Assembly (NCBI GenBank): GCA_964623925.1
Contig: CAZUVT010000003.1
Span: 1 to 36,270 of the forward strand
Source: an uncultured Erysipelotrichaceae bacterium
GTDB lineage: Bacteria > Bacillota_I > Bacilli_A > Erysipelotrichales > Erysipelotrichaceae
Reading direction: 5' to 3'
DNA length: 36,270 nt
How positions within the stretch are numbered: position 1 is the stretch's first letter; each line of letters starts with the position of its first letter. Position numbers and translations under genes: made by a program. This document shows positions 9,385 to 16,766 of this stretch, one piece after another. The notes under the pieces are model-generated. The model did not search any database and had not been told where the DNA came from. It was given only the letters and a program-made list of their open reading frames with translations.

Positions 9385-9603
9385 TCCTAAAAACAAAAAA
9401 GCGCCTGCTAAGGACGCTTTTGCGTGGTACCACCTTACTTTACATTCAATTGAATGCCTCGTGTCAGATAACGCCTTCCCGCGGTCAAGCCTACCTATCG
9501 ACTCAACTGTTCAAGGACCATGTTCACATTCTGTTTCTATAGATTCTCACCGGCCATCTACTCTCTTAAAGAAGCACAATGCTACTCTTCCCATCATTAC
9601 ATT
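9385..9603 (-). promoter_or_regulatory. T-box riboswitch leader of metG with terminator
   Basis: The minus-strand sequence AAGGTGGTACCACGC (plus 9422-9434) matches the T-box core. Immediately 3' is a stem followed by UUUUUUGUUUUU (plus 9391-9420). Confidence 0.6.
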
Positions 9604-9609
9604 TACTAC

Positions 9610-9638
9610 ATTATATCGGTTAAAGAGAAAATTGTAAA
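9610..9638 (-). promoter_or_regulatory. promoter TTTACA-17-TATAAT for metG leader
   Basis: Minus-strand TTTACA (plus 9633-9638) and TATAAT (plus 9610-9615), 17 nt apart. Confidence 0.55.
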
Positions 9639-9752
9639 GAAGCGTGCCTGCAACTTTTTATGCTTTTAAACAATTTCTCATACTTTTCTCTTTAACATGC
9701 CGTTCTTTTAAAATAAATAATCCCCTGCTCCAATCTCGAAGTTCAGATTCGA

Positions 9753-10115
9753 TTATTTCTCCAATTCGAGATATTCCTTTTCTTTTTTCCCGACGATGAC
9801 ATGATCTCCATACACCAAGATCGGTCTTTTTACAAGCATCCCATCGCTTGCCAATAATTCCAGCATTTCTTCCTCATTCATAGCCGGAAGTTTCTCTTTC
9901 AAATTCAATTCCTTATATTTCAATCCGGAGGTATTGAAGAATTTTCTGATTGACAATCCACTTAAGGATACCAACTTCCTCAACTCTTCTTTATTCAATC
10001 TCTCCTCTTTGATATTCCGTGATTCAAATGTATATCCGTTTTCTTCCAGCACTTTTCTTGCGGCTTTGCATGTCGTACACTTCGGATATTCGATCAATAA
10101 TTTCATAATTTTCAC
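9753..10115 (-). CDS. ArsC/Spx-family thioredoxin-fold protein (YffB-like)
   Basis: N-terminal CTTC (CxxC) redox motif in a roughly 120-aa protein, with YPKCTTCKAARKVLEENG similar to Spx/ArsC family N-termini. Confidence 0.7.
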   Translation of the reverse strand: MKIMKLLIEYPKCTTCKAARKVLEENGYTFESRNIKEERLNKEELRKLVSLSGLSIRKFFNTSGLKYKELNLKEKLPAMNEEEMLELLASDGMLVKRPILVYGDHVIVGKKEKEYLELEK

Positions 10116-10333
10116 CTCAATCTTATTATACCTCGGTTTATCTCTTTTTCAACTTATTCTCCCCACTACTTTTTAAAAATAATTATCCACCTGCATAGCA
10201 GGTGGTTTTGCCGTTTCGGGTATAACCCTATCTCTTTTAGCTGCACACAAGTGCGCTTTTATTTGCCTGTCAGCTTTGCGTATTTTACTGGCTACCCTTT
10301 GCTGAAGGGGTCTCTCGGATCGAACAAGGACAT

Positions 10334-10759
10334 CTAATCTGCTTCCTTATCCGCTTTTAACTGATTCGCTATATACTCTTTGATTATTTTCGTATTCTTC
10401 CCTACTGTGTCCACATAGTATCCCTTACACCAAAACTCTCGATTCCGATATGCAAATTTCATATTCCCAAATCGCTGAAACAGCATCAAACTGCTTTTCC
10501 CTTTTAAGTACCCCATGAATCCGGATACACTCATTTTGGGTGGTATCGCCAACAATAAATGTACATGATCTGCACAGACCTCTCCTTCGATAATCTCGAC
10601 TCCTTTCCATGTACATAATGTCTTGATGATTTCTCTTATTGCCGCCCTTTTTTCATTGAAGAATACTTTCCTTCGATATTTTGGTGCAAATACGACATGA
10701 TATTTACAATTCCATTTTGTATGTGCTAAACTATTCGTAGCATTATTTTGTTCACTCAA
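10334..10759 (-). CDS. tnpA: IS200-family Y1 (HUH) transposase TnpA
   Basis: HUH motif HVHLLL, YHVVFAPKYRRKV and catalytic-Tyr region FWCKGYYV. Probable TTG start 8 nt after AGGAGG. Confidence 0.85.
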   Translation of the reverse strand: MSEQNNATNSLAHTKWNCKYHVVFAPKYRRKVFFNEKRAAIREIIKTLCTWKGVEIIEGEVCADHVHLLLAIPPKMSVSGFMGYLKGKSSLMLFQRFGNMKFAYRNREFWCKGYYVDTVGKNTKIIKEYIANQLKADKEAD

Positions 10760-10821
10760 TTTAATGTCCTCCTATTGTGTCTTTCTTTTTCTAGCTGCCA
10801 GGCTACGAATAGTTTAGCACA
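10722..10821 (-). promoter_or_regulatory. 20-bp perfect inverted repeat enclosing tnpA RBS/start (translation-sequestering stem-loop)
   Basis: Arms TGTGCTAAACTATTCGTAGC (10722-10741) and GCTACGAATAGTTTAGCACA (10802-10821). The 60-nt loop contains AGGAGG and the start codon. Confidence 0.6.
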
Positions 10822-10889
10822 CAATAGGATTCATCGCTTAAGCTTTCTCCAACCACATCACTATGATGTGGTTTTCTTATACAATTAAA

Positions 10890-10910
10890 AAGGAGTCTCG
10901 AAAACTCCTT
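10890..10910 (-). terminator. rho-independent terminator of heavy-metal ATPase gene
   Basis: AAGGAGT/ACTCCTT stem with a 7-nt loop, followed on the minus strand by TTTTTAATT. Confidence 0.65.
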
Positions 10911-10919
10911 TGATCATCC

Positions 10920-13754
10920 TTATTTTAAAGCACGGATTGCGTTGAATACCGCCAGAAGCATAACTCCGACATCCGCAAAGATAGCCAATCCCATATTAGC
11001 CTGACCGATCGCACTTAATACGAGGATAAATGCTTTTACCAATAATGAGAAAATGATATTTTGCATTACAATCCGGCGGGTCTTCTTCGCTCCTTTGATG
11101 GCATCGTTGATCAGCATCAGATCATCATTCATAATGACTACATCTGCTGCTTCGATTGCCGCATCACTCCCAAGTCCGCCCATTGCCAATCCGACATTGG
11201 CCAATGCCAGTACCGGTGCATCATTGATTCCATCTCCGACATAAGCACAGTTTGCATGCTGATTCAGCTTTTCAAATGCTTCCACTTTATCTGTTGGTAA
11301 CAGTTCGCCGTGAACTTCATTGATTCCGCATTCTTGTGCAACTGCCGAAACACTCTTATTATTGTCACCGCTTAAAATTACGGTCTTCTTGATTCCAATT
11401 GTTTTCAGATCACGGATAGCCTGTTTTGCTGTCGGCTTGATTTGATCATTGATGATGATCACACCACTGTATTTTCCATCGATTGCCACATAAACAGCCG
11501 TTCCTTGAGTTGCGGTTTCTTCAAATTCAATGCCGTTCTTTCTCATTAACTTTGAATTCCCGGCCAGAATCACATGATGATCAAATTGCGCTTCAACTCC
11601 ATGTCCGGCTAATTCATTGACACTTTCGATTTTAGTTGAATCAATCGTTTTTCCATATGCTTTGACGATCGCTTTGGAAATCGGATGGGTAGAATTCGAT
11701 TCAGCATAAGCACAGTATTCAATCAATCGTTCTTCCTCGATTTCCGATTTGACTTCAGAGACAAAGAATTCTCCTTTTGTAATCGTACCTGTTTTATCAA
11801 ATACAACGGTATCCACCGCATTTAATGCATCTAAATAGTTGCTTCCCTTTACAAGAATTCCCTTTTTGGAAAGTCCACCGATGCCGGCAAAATAAGTTAG
11901 CGGTACTGAAATAACCAACGCACACGGACAAGATACAACCAAGAAGATCAATCCACGATGGAAATATTCCCAGAAATCTGCCGAAGGAATGATCAGCGGA
12001 CAGATAAAGGCAATGATACAAGCCAATGCAACGACAGATGGCGTATAGACTCTTGCAAAAGTAGTAATGAAATTTTCAGCATGGGCTTTACGATTGGATG
12101 AATTTTCTACAAGATCCAAAATCTTGGAAACTGTTGATTCATCGGAGGTTTTCGTAACCCGTACTTCAAGGAGTCCCTGCATATTGACACATCCGCTGAT
12201 GACCTCATCATTCACGCTGACATCTCTTGGCAAACTTTCCCCTGTCAAAGCAGCCGTATTCAAGCTGGAAGCTCCATTTAGTACAACCCCATCCAACGGC
12301 ACTTTTTCACCCGGTCTAATAACGATGATATCGCCCACATTTACTTCTTCAACTGCCATTTTCTCAATTCGATCGCCAAGCTTAACATTGGCTTCATCCG
12401 CTCGAATATTCATCAACTCAGAAATAGAGCGGCGGGAATTCTCTACCGCAATAGCTTGAAGAAGCTCTCCGATCTGATAAAGCAACATAACGAAGACACC
12501 TTCCGCAAATTCACCTGTTCCGATCGCTCCGACTGTAGCCAAAGCCATCAGGAAATTTTCATCCATCCACTGTCCTTTTCCCATATTTCTAATCGCGGTT
12601 TTCAATACCGGATATCCAACCAAAAGATAAGAAACCAAATAACAGATCAAATTGATCGGTGATTTTAGAAACTGTGCACCCACTAAAAATAAAATAGACC
12701 CTACGATCTTCAATATATCAGAACGATGATTTTTTGTTTCTTTTTTATTTTGTCCGGATGATTTTTTTTCTTCCAAGGTACAATCAGGCTCTACCCGCTG
12801 GATCGTTTTTCTGATATTCGAAATTGCCTCATCATAATATTTTTGTTCAACATCAAAAGACAATGTTTCATTCATAAATATCAGCTGAACATTTTTCAAA
12901 TGATCGATTTTTGCAATTTCTCTCTCTAGCTGAGCTGCACAATTGGCACAATCCAAACCTTTCACAAGCATCTGAATCTTTCCGACAGGAACTCGATGAT
13001 CTTCAACCTGTTCATCATAATGATGCTCACCATGATCGTGTCCACATCCACATTTGTGATCATGATGGTGCTCGTGATGATCGTGGTTATGGTGATGTTC
13101 ATGATGACATTCACAATGTGAATCATGTTCGTGATGATGGCTATGATGTGCTTGATTTTTCTCTAAACTTGCTTCTGGTTCCACCCTTTCAATCACTTCT
13201 TCAATTTCGTGAATCATTTCATCCAACCGTTCTTCTTCACATTCAAACAACAATTTTTCCTGCATAAAATTGATCGATACGTTTTTCAATCCTTCAATTT
13301 TTGCAATCTCTCTTTCAAGCTTAGCTGCGCAATTAGCACAATCCAGCCCGCTTATTTTCATTTGGATCTTTTTATCTGAAGACTCGTGATCTTCTTGGCA
13401 ATTGCATTCATGGTCACAATGAGAATGATGATCCTCTCCACACTCATATTCATGATGATGGTGTTCATGTCCGCAGCCACAGCTGTGACTATGCTCATAA
13501 TCATGGTGATGTTCTTTTTCGTTGTGATGCGACCCTTTGACTAAACTCGCCTCCGGCTCCACTCTTTCAATCACTTCTTCAATTTCATGAATCATGTTAT
13601 CCAACTGTTCTTCCTCACACTCAAACAACAGTTTCTCCTGCATAAAATTAATTGATACGTTTTTCAGTCCTTCAATTTTTGTAATCTCTCTTTCAAGCTT
13701 GGCTGCACAATTAGCACAATCCAAGCCCTCGATTCCCATTTTCACTTGTTTCAT
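10920..13754 (-). CDS. P1B-type heavy-metal translocating ATPase (CPC motif; Zn/Cd/Co/Pb-type) with three N-terminal HMA domains and His-rich linkers
   Basis: DKTGT phosphorylation site, SCPC transmembrane metal site, GDGINDAP and a TGES-like TGESLP motif. There are three GLDCANCAA(K/Q)LE HMA repeats separated by His/Cys-rich stretches. Start is placed at the second ATG (13754, preceded by GGAGG), which also aligns repeat 1 with repeats 2 and 3. The track start at 13775 has no SD. Confidence 0.9.
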   Translation of the reverse strand: MKQVKMGIEGLDCANCAAKLEREITKIEGLKNVSINFMQEKLLFECEEEQLDNMIHEIEEVIERVEPEASLVKGSHHNEKEHHHDYEHSHSCGCGHEHHHHEYECGEDHHSHCDHECNCQEDHESSDKKIQMKISGLDCANCAAKLEREIAKIEGLKNVSINFMQEKLLFECEEERLDEMIHEIEEVIERVEPEASLEKNQAHHSHHHEHDSHCECHHEHHHNHDHHEHHHDHKCGCGHDHGEHHYDEQVEDHRVPVGKIQMLVKGLDCANCAAQLEREIAKIDHLKNVQLIFMNETLSFDVEQKYYDEAISNIRKTIQRVEPDCTLEEKKSSGQNKKETKNHRSDILKIVGSILFLVGAQFLKSPINLICYLVSYLLVGYPVLKTAIRNMGKGQWMDENFLMALATVGAIGTGEFAEGVFVMLLYQIGELLQAIAVENSRRSISELMNIRADEANVKLGDRIEKMAVEEVNVGDIIVIRPGEKVPLDGVVLNGASSLNTAALTGESLPRDVSVNDEVISGCVNMQGLLEVRVTKTSDESTVSKILDLVENSSNRKAHAENFITTFARVYTPSVVALACIIAFICPLIIPSADFWEYFHRGLIFLVVSCPCALVISVPLTYFAGIGGLSKKGILVKGSNYLDALNAVDTVVFDKTGTITKGEFFVSEVKSEIEEERLIEYCAYAESNSTHPISKAIVKAYGKTIDSTKIESVNELAGHGVEAQFDHHVILAGNSKLMRKNGIEFEETATQGTAVYVAIDGKYSGVIIINDQIKPTAKQAIRDLKTIGIKKTVILSGDNNKSVSAVAQECGINEVHGELLPTDKVEAFEKLNQHANCAYVGDGINDAPVLALANVGLAMGGLGSDAAIEAADVVIMNDDLMLINDAIKGAKKTRRIVMQNIIFSLLVKAFILVLSAIGQANMGLAIFADVGVMLLAVFNAIRALK
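13160..13345 (-). repeat. intragenic direct repeat copy A (HMA-domain unit 2), about 90% nt identity to copy B
   Basis: Direct comparison of 13184-13350 with 13560-13728 shows near-identical runs, for example CAATCACTTCTTCAATTTC(G/A)TGAATCAT and TGCAATCTCTCTTTCAAGCTT. Confidence 0.7.
13536..13722 (-). repeat. intragenic direct repeat copy B (HMA-domain unit 1)
   Basis: See copy A. The period is about 376 nt. Confidence 0.7.
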
Positions 13755-13773
13755 AGCGCCTCCAACATCAAAC

Positions 13774-13793
13774 ATATGAACAACTGTTCATAT
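13774..13793. promoter_or_regulatory. ArsR/SmtB-family-like operator (ATATGAACA-AC-TGTTCATAT) overlapping ATPase promoter/5' UTR
   Basis: Perfect 9-2-9 inverted repeat with a TGAACA/TGTTCA core. It sits immediately downstream of the predicted -10. Confidence 0.55.
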
Positions 13794-13795
13794 AT

Positions 13796-13824
13796 AGTAT
13801 ATGAAAGCTTTCTGATTCTGTCAA
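13796..13824 (-). promoter_or_regulatory. promoter TTGACA-17-TATACT for heavy-metal ATPase
   Basis: Minus-strand TTGACA (plus 13819-13824) and TATACT (plus 13796-13801), 17 nt apart. Confidence 0.55.
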
Positions 13825-13834
13825 TCAAAATATA

Positions 13835-13859
13835 GAAAAAAGATCAATTTCTTGATCTT
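13835..13859 (-). terminator. terminator of TIR-domain gene
   Basis: AAGATCAA-tttc-TTGATCTT stem, followed on the minus strand by TTTTTT. It lies 3 nt after the stop codon. Confidence 0.65.
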
Positions 13860-13862
13860 TTC

Positions 13863-15368
13863 TTATATAGAACATGCAACAATCAAAAATGGAATAATGA
13901 ATATTAGGATAAAAAACGATACGACGAAAACGACCCAACCAGCTCCTGAACTTTCAGAATCACGTCTAATTGCTTTCAGTTTACATTCTTCTGCAAGTTT
14001 TTTAGAATCCTTATAATCCACAATAGAATTAAATGTCTTCTCTAATTCTTCATAATCATATTTTGAAACGGCTGTTTCCATCGCTTTAACAGCTTCGGCA
14101 TAGATTTTCTCATTGCGCATCTCTTGTGCCTGATCTACATATCCTTGAATTTCATTTGCCAATTTTGGATCAGCATACAACATCAACTTCTTATAACTGG
14201 TTTTCGTACTGAAATCGATTTTTGAGTTGACCAATTCCTCTTTTTTATTGACATGGACATTGGCCATGATTTTATACAAATAAATGAGTGGATTTTGCGG
14301 ATCTTGATCTAATGCTTTTTCACAATACTCATTCGCTTCATCCCATTCTTCAAAATTTAAAAAGATTTCAATTCGTTTAAGTAAATTTTCCACTTTCGCT
14401 TCCTCAGTAAGATCCTTACTCTCTCCTGAATCATGATTTACTTTAATTTCAGTTTTGATTTCTTTTTTCTCATCTTTTGCACAGATCTTTTTAATTCCTC
14501 GAATCAGATCCTGCATAAAGCCCAATTTTGACATATCCTGAGCCTGCAAATGCGAGAATTCTTCCGGAAGATCATAAGGATCCATGTCCCGATAAGCCGG
14601 AATCAGTGTCTTCTTTTCTCCTCGCTTGATCAATTCCAGATAGCGGCTCCATTCATTCTTGACCCATACCGAATTCAAATGTTCTACGTTCGTCCCGATT
14701 ACAACCATGACTTTAGCACTGTGTAAAGCAGAGAATATGCATGATTCGTAATTCTCACCCAATTTATTTTCTAATGTAATTCGTGAGAAAAAGACTTTAA
14801 ATCCTTCATCTTTCAGTTCATAATACAATTCATTGGCCAAGACCGAATCTTTAGTTCTATTGCCTTCCTTATCACTTTCTTTATAACAGATAAATACATC
14901 ATACGGAGATTCTTTTTGAGAAAGTACCAAGATCTGTTTGCGGATATTTTCGATTTCATTTCCTGATTCTTCATAAAGCACTTTTGAATCTTCATCTGCG
15001 TATTCAATCGCTTTCTTATAATCATCATCTTCCAGTAAAGATTGTACTTGCAAGCGATGGATCGTCGGTATCCTTCTCTTAGTTTGCGGATCTTCAACAT
15101 ATTCGACTCCATATCGACACAAAACAAGTGACCAATAAGCCAAAGCCTCTTTTGAATCTTCCAATAAGATCTGCTCATATAGATTCATAGCGCGATCATA
15201 TTCATGAAGTCGAAGAAAATGATCTGCACGATCAAATAAGTTTATTTTTCTATCATTCCCCATCTTAGGAAGTGCCTGCTTAATGCCGCAGCTATCACAG
15301 ACTCCAACCACATCTCCCTCTTTAAATTCCAACTTTCCCCCACAAATCTTACACTTCAACTCAACCAT
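13863..15368 (-). CDS. zinc-ribbon / TPR-like / TIR-domain protein with C-terminal transmembrane anchor
   Basis: N-terminal CxxC...CxxC (CKICGG...CDSCG). TIR core YDVFICYKESD ... SVWVKNEWSRYLEL, including a W-x-x-x-E motif. The C-terminus is a hydrophobic helix WVVFVVSFFILIFIIPFLIVA. RBS GGGAG. Confidence 0.7.
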   Translation of the reverse strand: MVELKCKICGGKLEFKEGDVVGVCDSCGIKQALPKMGNDRKINLFDRADHFLRLHEYDRAMNLYEQILLEDSKEALAYWSLVLCRYGVEYVEDPQTKRRIPTIHRLQVQSLLEDDDYKKAIEYADEDSKVLYEESGNEIENIRKQILVLSQKESPYDVFICYKESDKEGNRTKDSVLANELYYELKDEGFKVFFSRITLENKLGENYESCIFSALHSAKVMVVIGTNVEHLNSVWVKNEWSRYLELIKRGEKKTLIPAYRDMDPYDLPEEFSHLQAQDMSKLGFMQDLIRGIKKICAKDEKKEIKTEIKVNHDSGESKDLTEEAKVENLLKRIEIFLNFEEWDEANEYCEKALDQDPQNPLIYLYKIMANVHVNKKEELVNSKIDFSTKTSYKKLMLYADPKLANEIQGYVDQAQEMRNEKIYAEAVKAMETAVSKYDYEELEKTFNSIVDYKDSKKLAEECKLKAIRRDSESSGAGWVVFVVSFFILIFIIPFLIVACSI

Positions 15369-15399
15369 TTCTATTTCTCCCTTTCCATTCTAATTACAT

Positions 15400-16104
15400 T
15401 TATTTCTTATCCTTTAGTGTTGATAAAATATTTTGAACATTTGATTCTTTTATAACATCAGGATATTTTTTATCAAATTCAATTAAAACATTTTGAGTTT
15501 CAATTTCCGAAGATCGGACAGATTCATAAATCTCTATAAAATTCTTATTGATAAATGCTTTCTCAATAAATATTCTTGAATCTGCCGAAAAATCATCCCA
15601 TCCCCCATAAAGGTTTTGTACTGCTGTATCGATCATTTCAAATGTAATCGGCATATTTCTTTTTTCATGTTCTGCAAGTATTCCAACAATATCTGATAAA
15701 TCGTTTTTATATATTCTTCCCGCCTTTAATTTCATGGCAATTAAATATTCTCCGGTAACTGTTCTAATTGAAAGCACATTTGAAAATGTTTTATAATATG
15801 TGGAAAACTCATCTAATTTCATCGAATAGGAACTTGTATTTATAAAATCTGTATTGATCCATTCTTTTGGCAAATCAAATTTTTCTCCTACAACATTAAT
15901 GGCTTCTTTCATTGCAGAAGAAGCATAGATAATTGCATCGATATCGGTAGTCATATCTCTAAAACCATAGTTTGTCAAAATTGCAGCACCACCAACCAAA
16001 ATAATTTCGGCTGGCATGATCTTTCCATTGCGTTTTCTAAATTCTTTAGCCAAATCTTTAAGTATTAACTCTAAATTCTCTTTAGTAAACTTTCTATGCG
16101 ACAT
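15400..16104 (-). CDS. AbiEii-like (DUF1814-type) nucleotidyltransferase
   Basis: VGGAAILTNYGFRDMTTDIDAI matches the GG-x14-DID spacing and the R-x-T-x-D-I-D signature of AbiEii/Pol-beta NTases. The start overlaps the upstream gene by 11 nt. RBS GAGGT. Confidence 0.5.
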   Translation of the reverse strand: MSHRKFTKENLELILKDLAKEFRKRNGKIMPAEIILVGGAAILTNYGFRDMTTDIDAIIYASSAMKEAINVVGEKFDLPKEWINTDFINTSSYSMKLDEFSTYYKTFSNVLSIRTVTGEYLIAMKLKAGRIYKNDLSDIVGILAEHEKRNMPITFEMIDTAVQNLYGGWDDFSADSRIFIEKAFINKNFIEIYESVRSSEIETQNVLIEFDKKYPDVIKESNVQNILSTLKDKK

Positions 16105-16663
16105 TTCTTACCTCGCTTTCAATAATATTAAAACGCAAGAACTCTGGAATTGCTTCAGATATGGCTTTTTTCTTTATGTCATCATCATTCATCACATGTG
16201 ACATCACCAAGACACTCTTTGGAAAAAGATAATCTTTTAGTTTTGCATTCCGGATATATTCATAATCTGTGCATAATGGAATATCGTTTTCTCTGCTCAA
16301 ATAATCAAGCATAGCAAGAAGATAAAAACATTCAGGAAAATACTTTTTATTGTAATATTCAAGTATTTTATTTTTGCTCAGTAACTCAATTATAAAATCA
16401 ATATCTCCCAATGCTTTCAGTCTATGACAGACATTGCTTTTAAAAAGTTCAAAATCCACTCGATCATATAAATAGGATTCGATAAGTTGTTCCATGGAAA
16501 TACCAAGAGTTTTAGAAATACGATAAATCGTTTCTCCGGTACATTTATTCAAATGTACTTTTCCATTACAAATATCGTTGATCGTTGTATACGCAATTCC
16601 ACTCTCCTTGGATAATCGATATTTGGTGATCTTTTTTTTCTCCATCAATTCATTAATTGTCAT
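16094..16663 (-). CDS. Xre-family HTH protein with about 130-aa C-terminal domain (putative regulator/antitoxin partner of the NTase)
   Basis: N-terminal HTH (ITKYRLSKESGIAYTTINDICNGKV). Translationally coupled to the NTase gene. Confidence 0.55.
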   Translation of the reverse strand: MTINELMEKKKITKYRLSKESGIAYTTINDICNGKVHLNKCTGETIYRISKTLGISMEQLIESYLYDRVDFELFKSNVCHRLKALGDIDFIIELLSKNKILEYYNKKYFPECFYLLAMLDYLSRENDIPLCTDYEYIRNAKLKDYLFPKSVLVMSHVMNDDDIKKKAISEAIPEFLRFNIIESEVRNVA

Positions 16664-16683
16664 CGTTATTTCCTCGCCTTAAA

Positions 16684-16712
16684 ATTATAACGGTATACCG
16701 ACATAATATCAA
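16684..16712 (-). promoter_or_regulatory. promoter TTGATA-17-TATAAT for HTH–NTase–TIR cassette
   Basis: Minus-strand TTGATA (plus 16707-16712) and TATAAT (plus 16684-16689), 17 nt apart. The predicted start is about 20 nt upstream of the ATG. Confidence 0.5.
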
Positions 16713-16766
16713 TAGTCTATGCTGTCTATTAATTATTTATTCTATATTAAAATTAAGAAGATCCGA

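Larger units (their letters stand above)
10183..10878 (-). mobile_element. IS200/IS605-family insertion sequence (IS200-type, tnpA only)
   Basis: About 700 bp unit carrying a Y1 HUH transposase. Subterminal hairpins sit at both ends (10187-10205 CCACCTGC-ata-GCAGGTGG; 10853-10871 CCACATCA-cta-TGATGTGG). It is inserted between the terminator of the metal ATPase and the promoter region of the ArsC-like gene. Confidence 0.75.

Noticed and set aside
9188-9637. 149-aa plus-strand ORF spanning metG 5' end and leader
   Set aside because: It overlaps the metG start and the T-box leader. It has no RBS and a Cys/Ile-rich nonsense composition.
9700-9752. TCGAATTGGAG / TCGAGATTGGAG near-duplicate downstream of the ArsC-like gene, as a possible terminator or repeat
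   Set aside because: It is a short direct, not inverted, repeat with no stable hairpin or U-tract. It is probably incidental.
9934-10176. 80-aa ORF overlapping the ArsC-like gene and its promoter
   Set aside because: Antisense to a supported CDS; hydrophobic low-complexity product.
12900-13500. His-rich CAC/CAT-rich DNA as a possible microsatellite/CRISPR-like repeat
   Set aside because: The periodicity is codon-level (His/Glu/Asp codons) inside a coding region, not spacer-repeat architecture. No CRISPR array features were seen.
13755-13775. Track N-terminus MFDVGGA of the ATPase
   Set aside because: The first ATG has no SD and sits inside the operator palindrome. The second ATG (13754) is preceded by GGAGG and aligns HMA repeat 1 with repeats 2 and 3.
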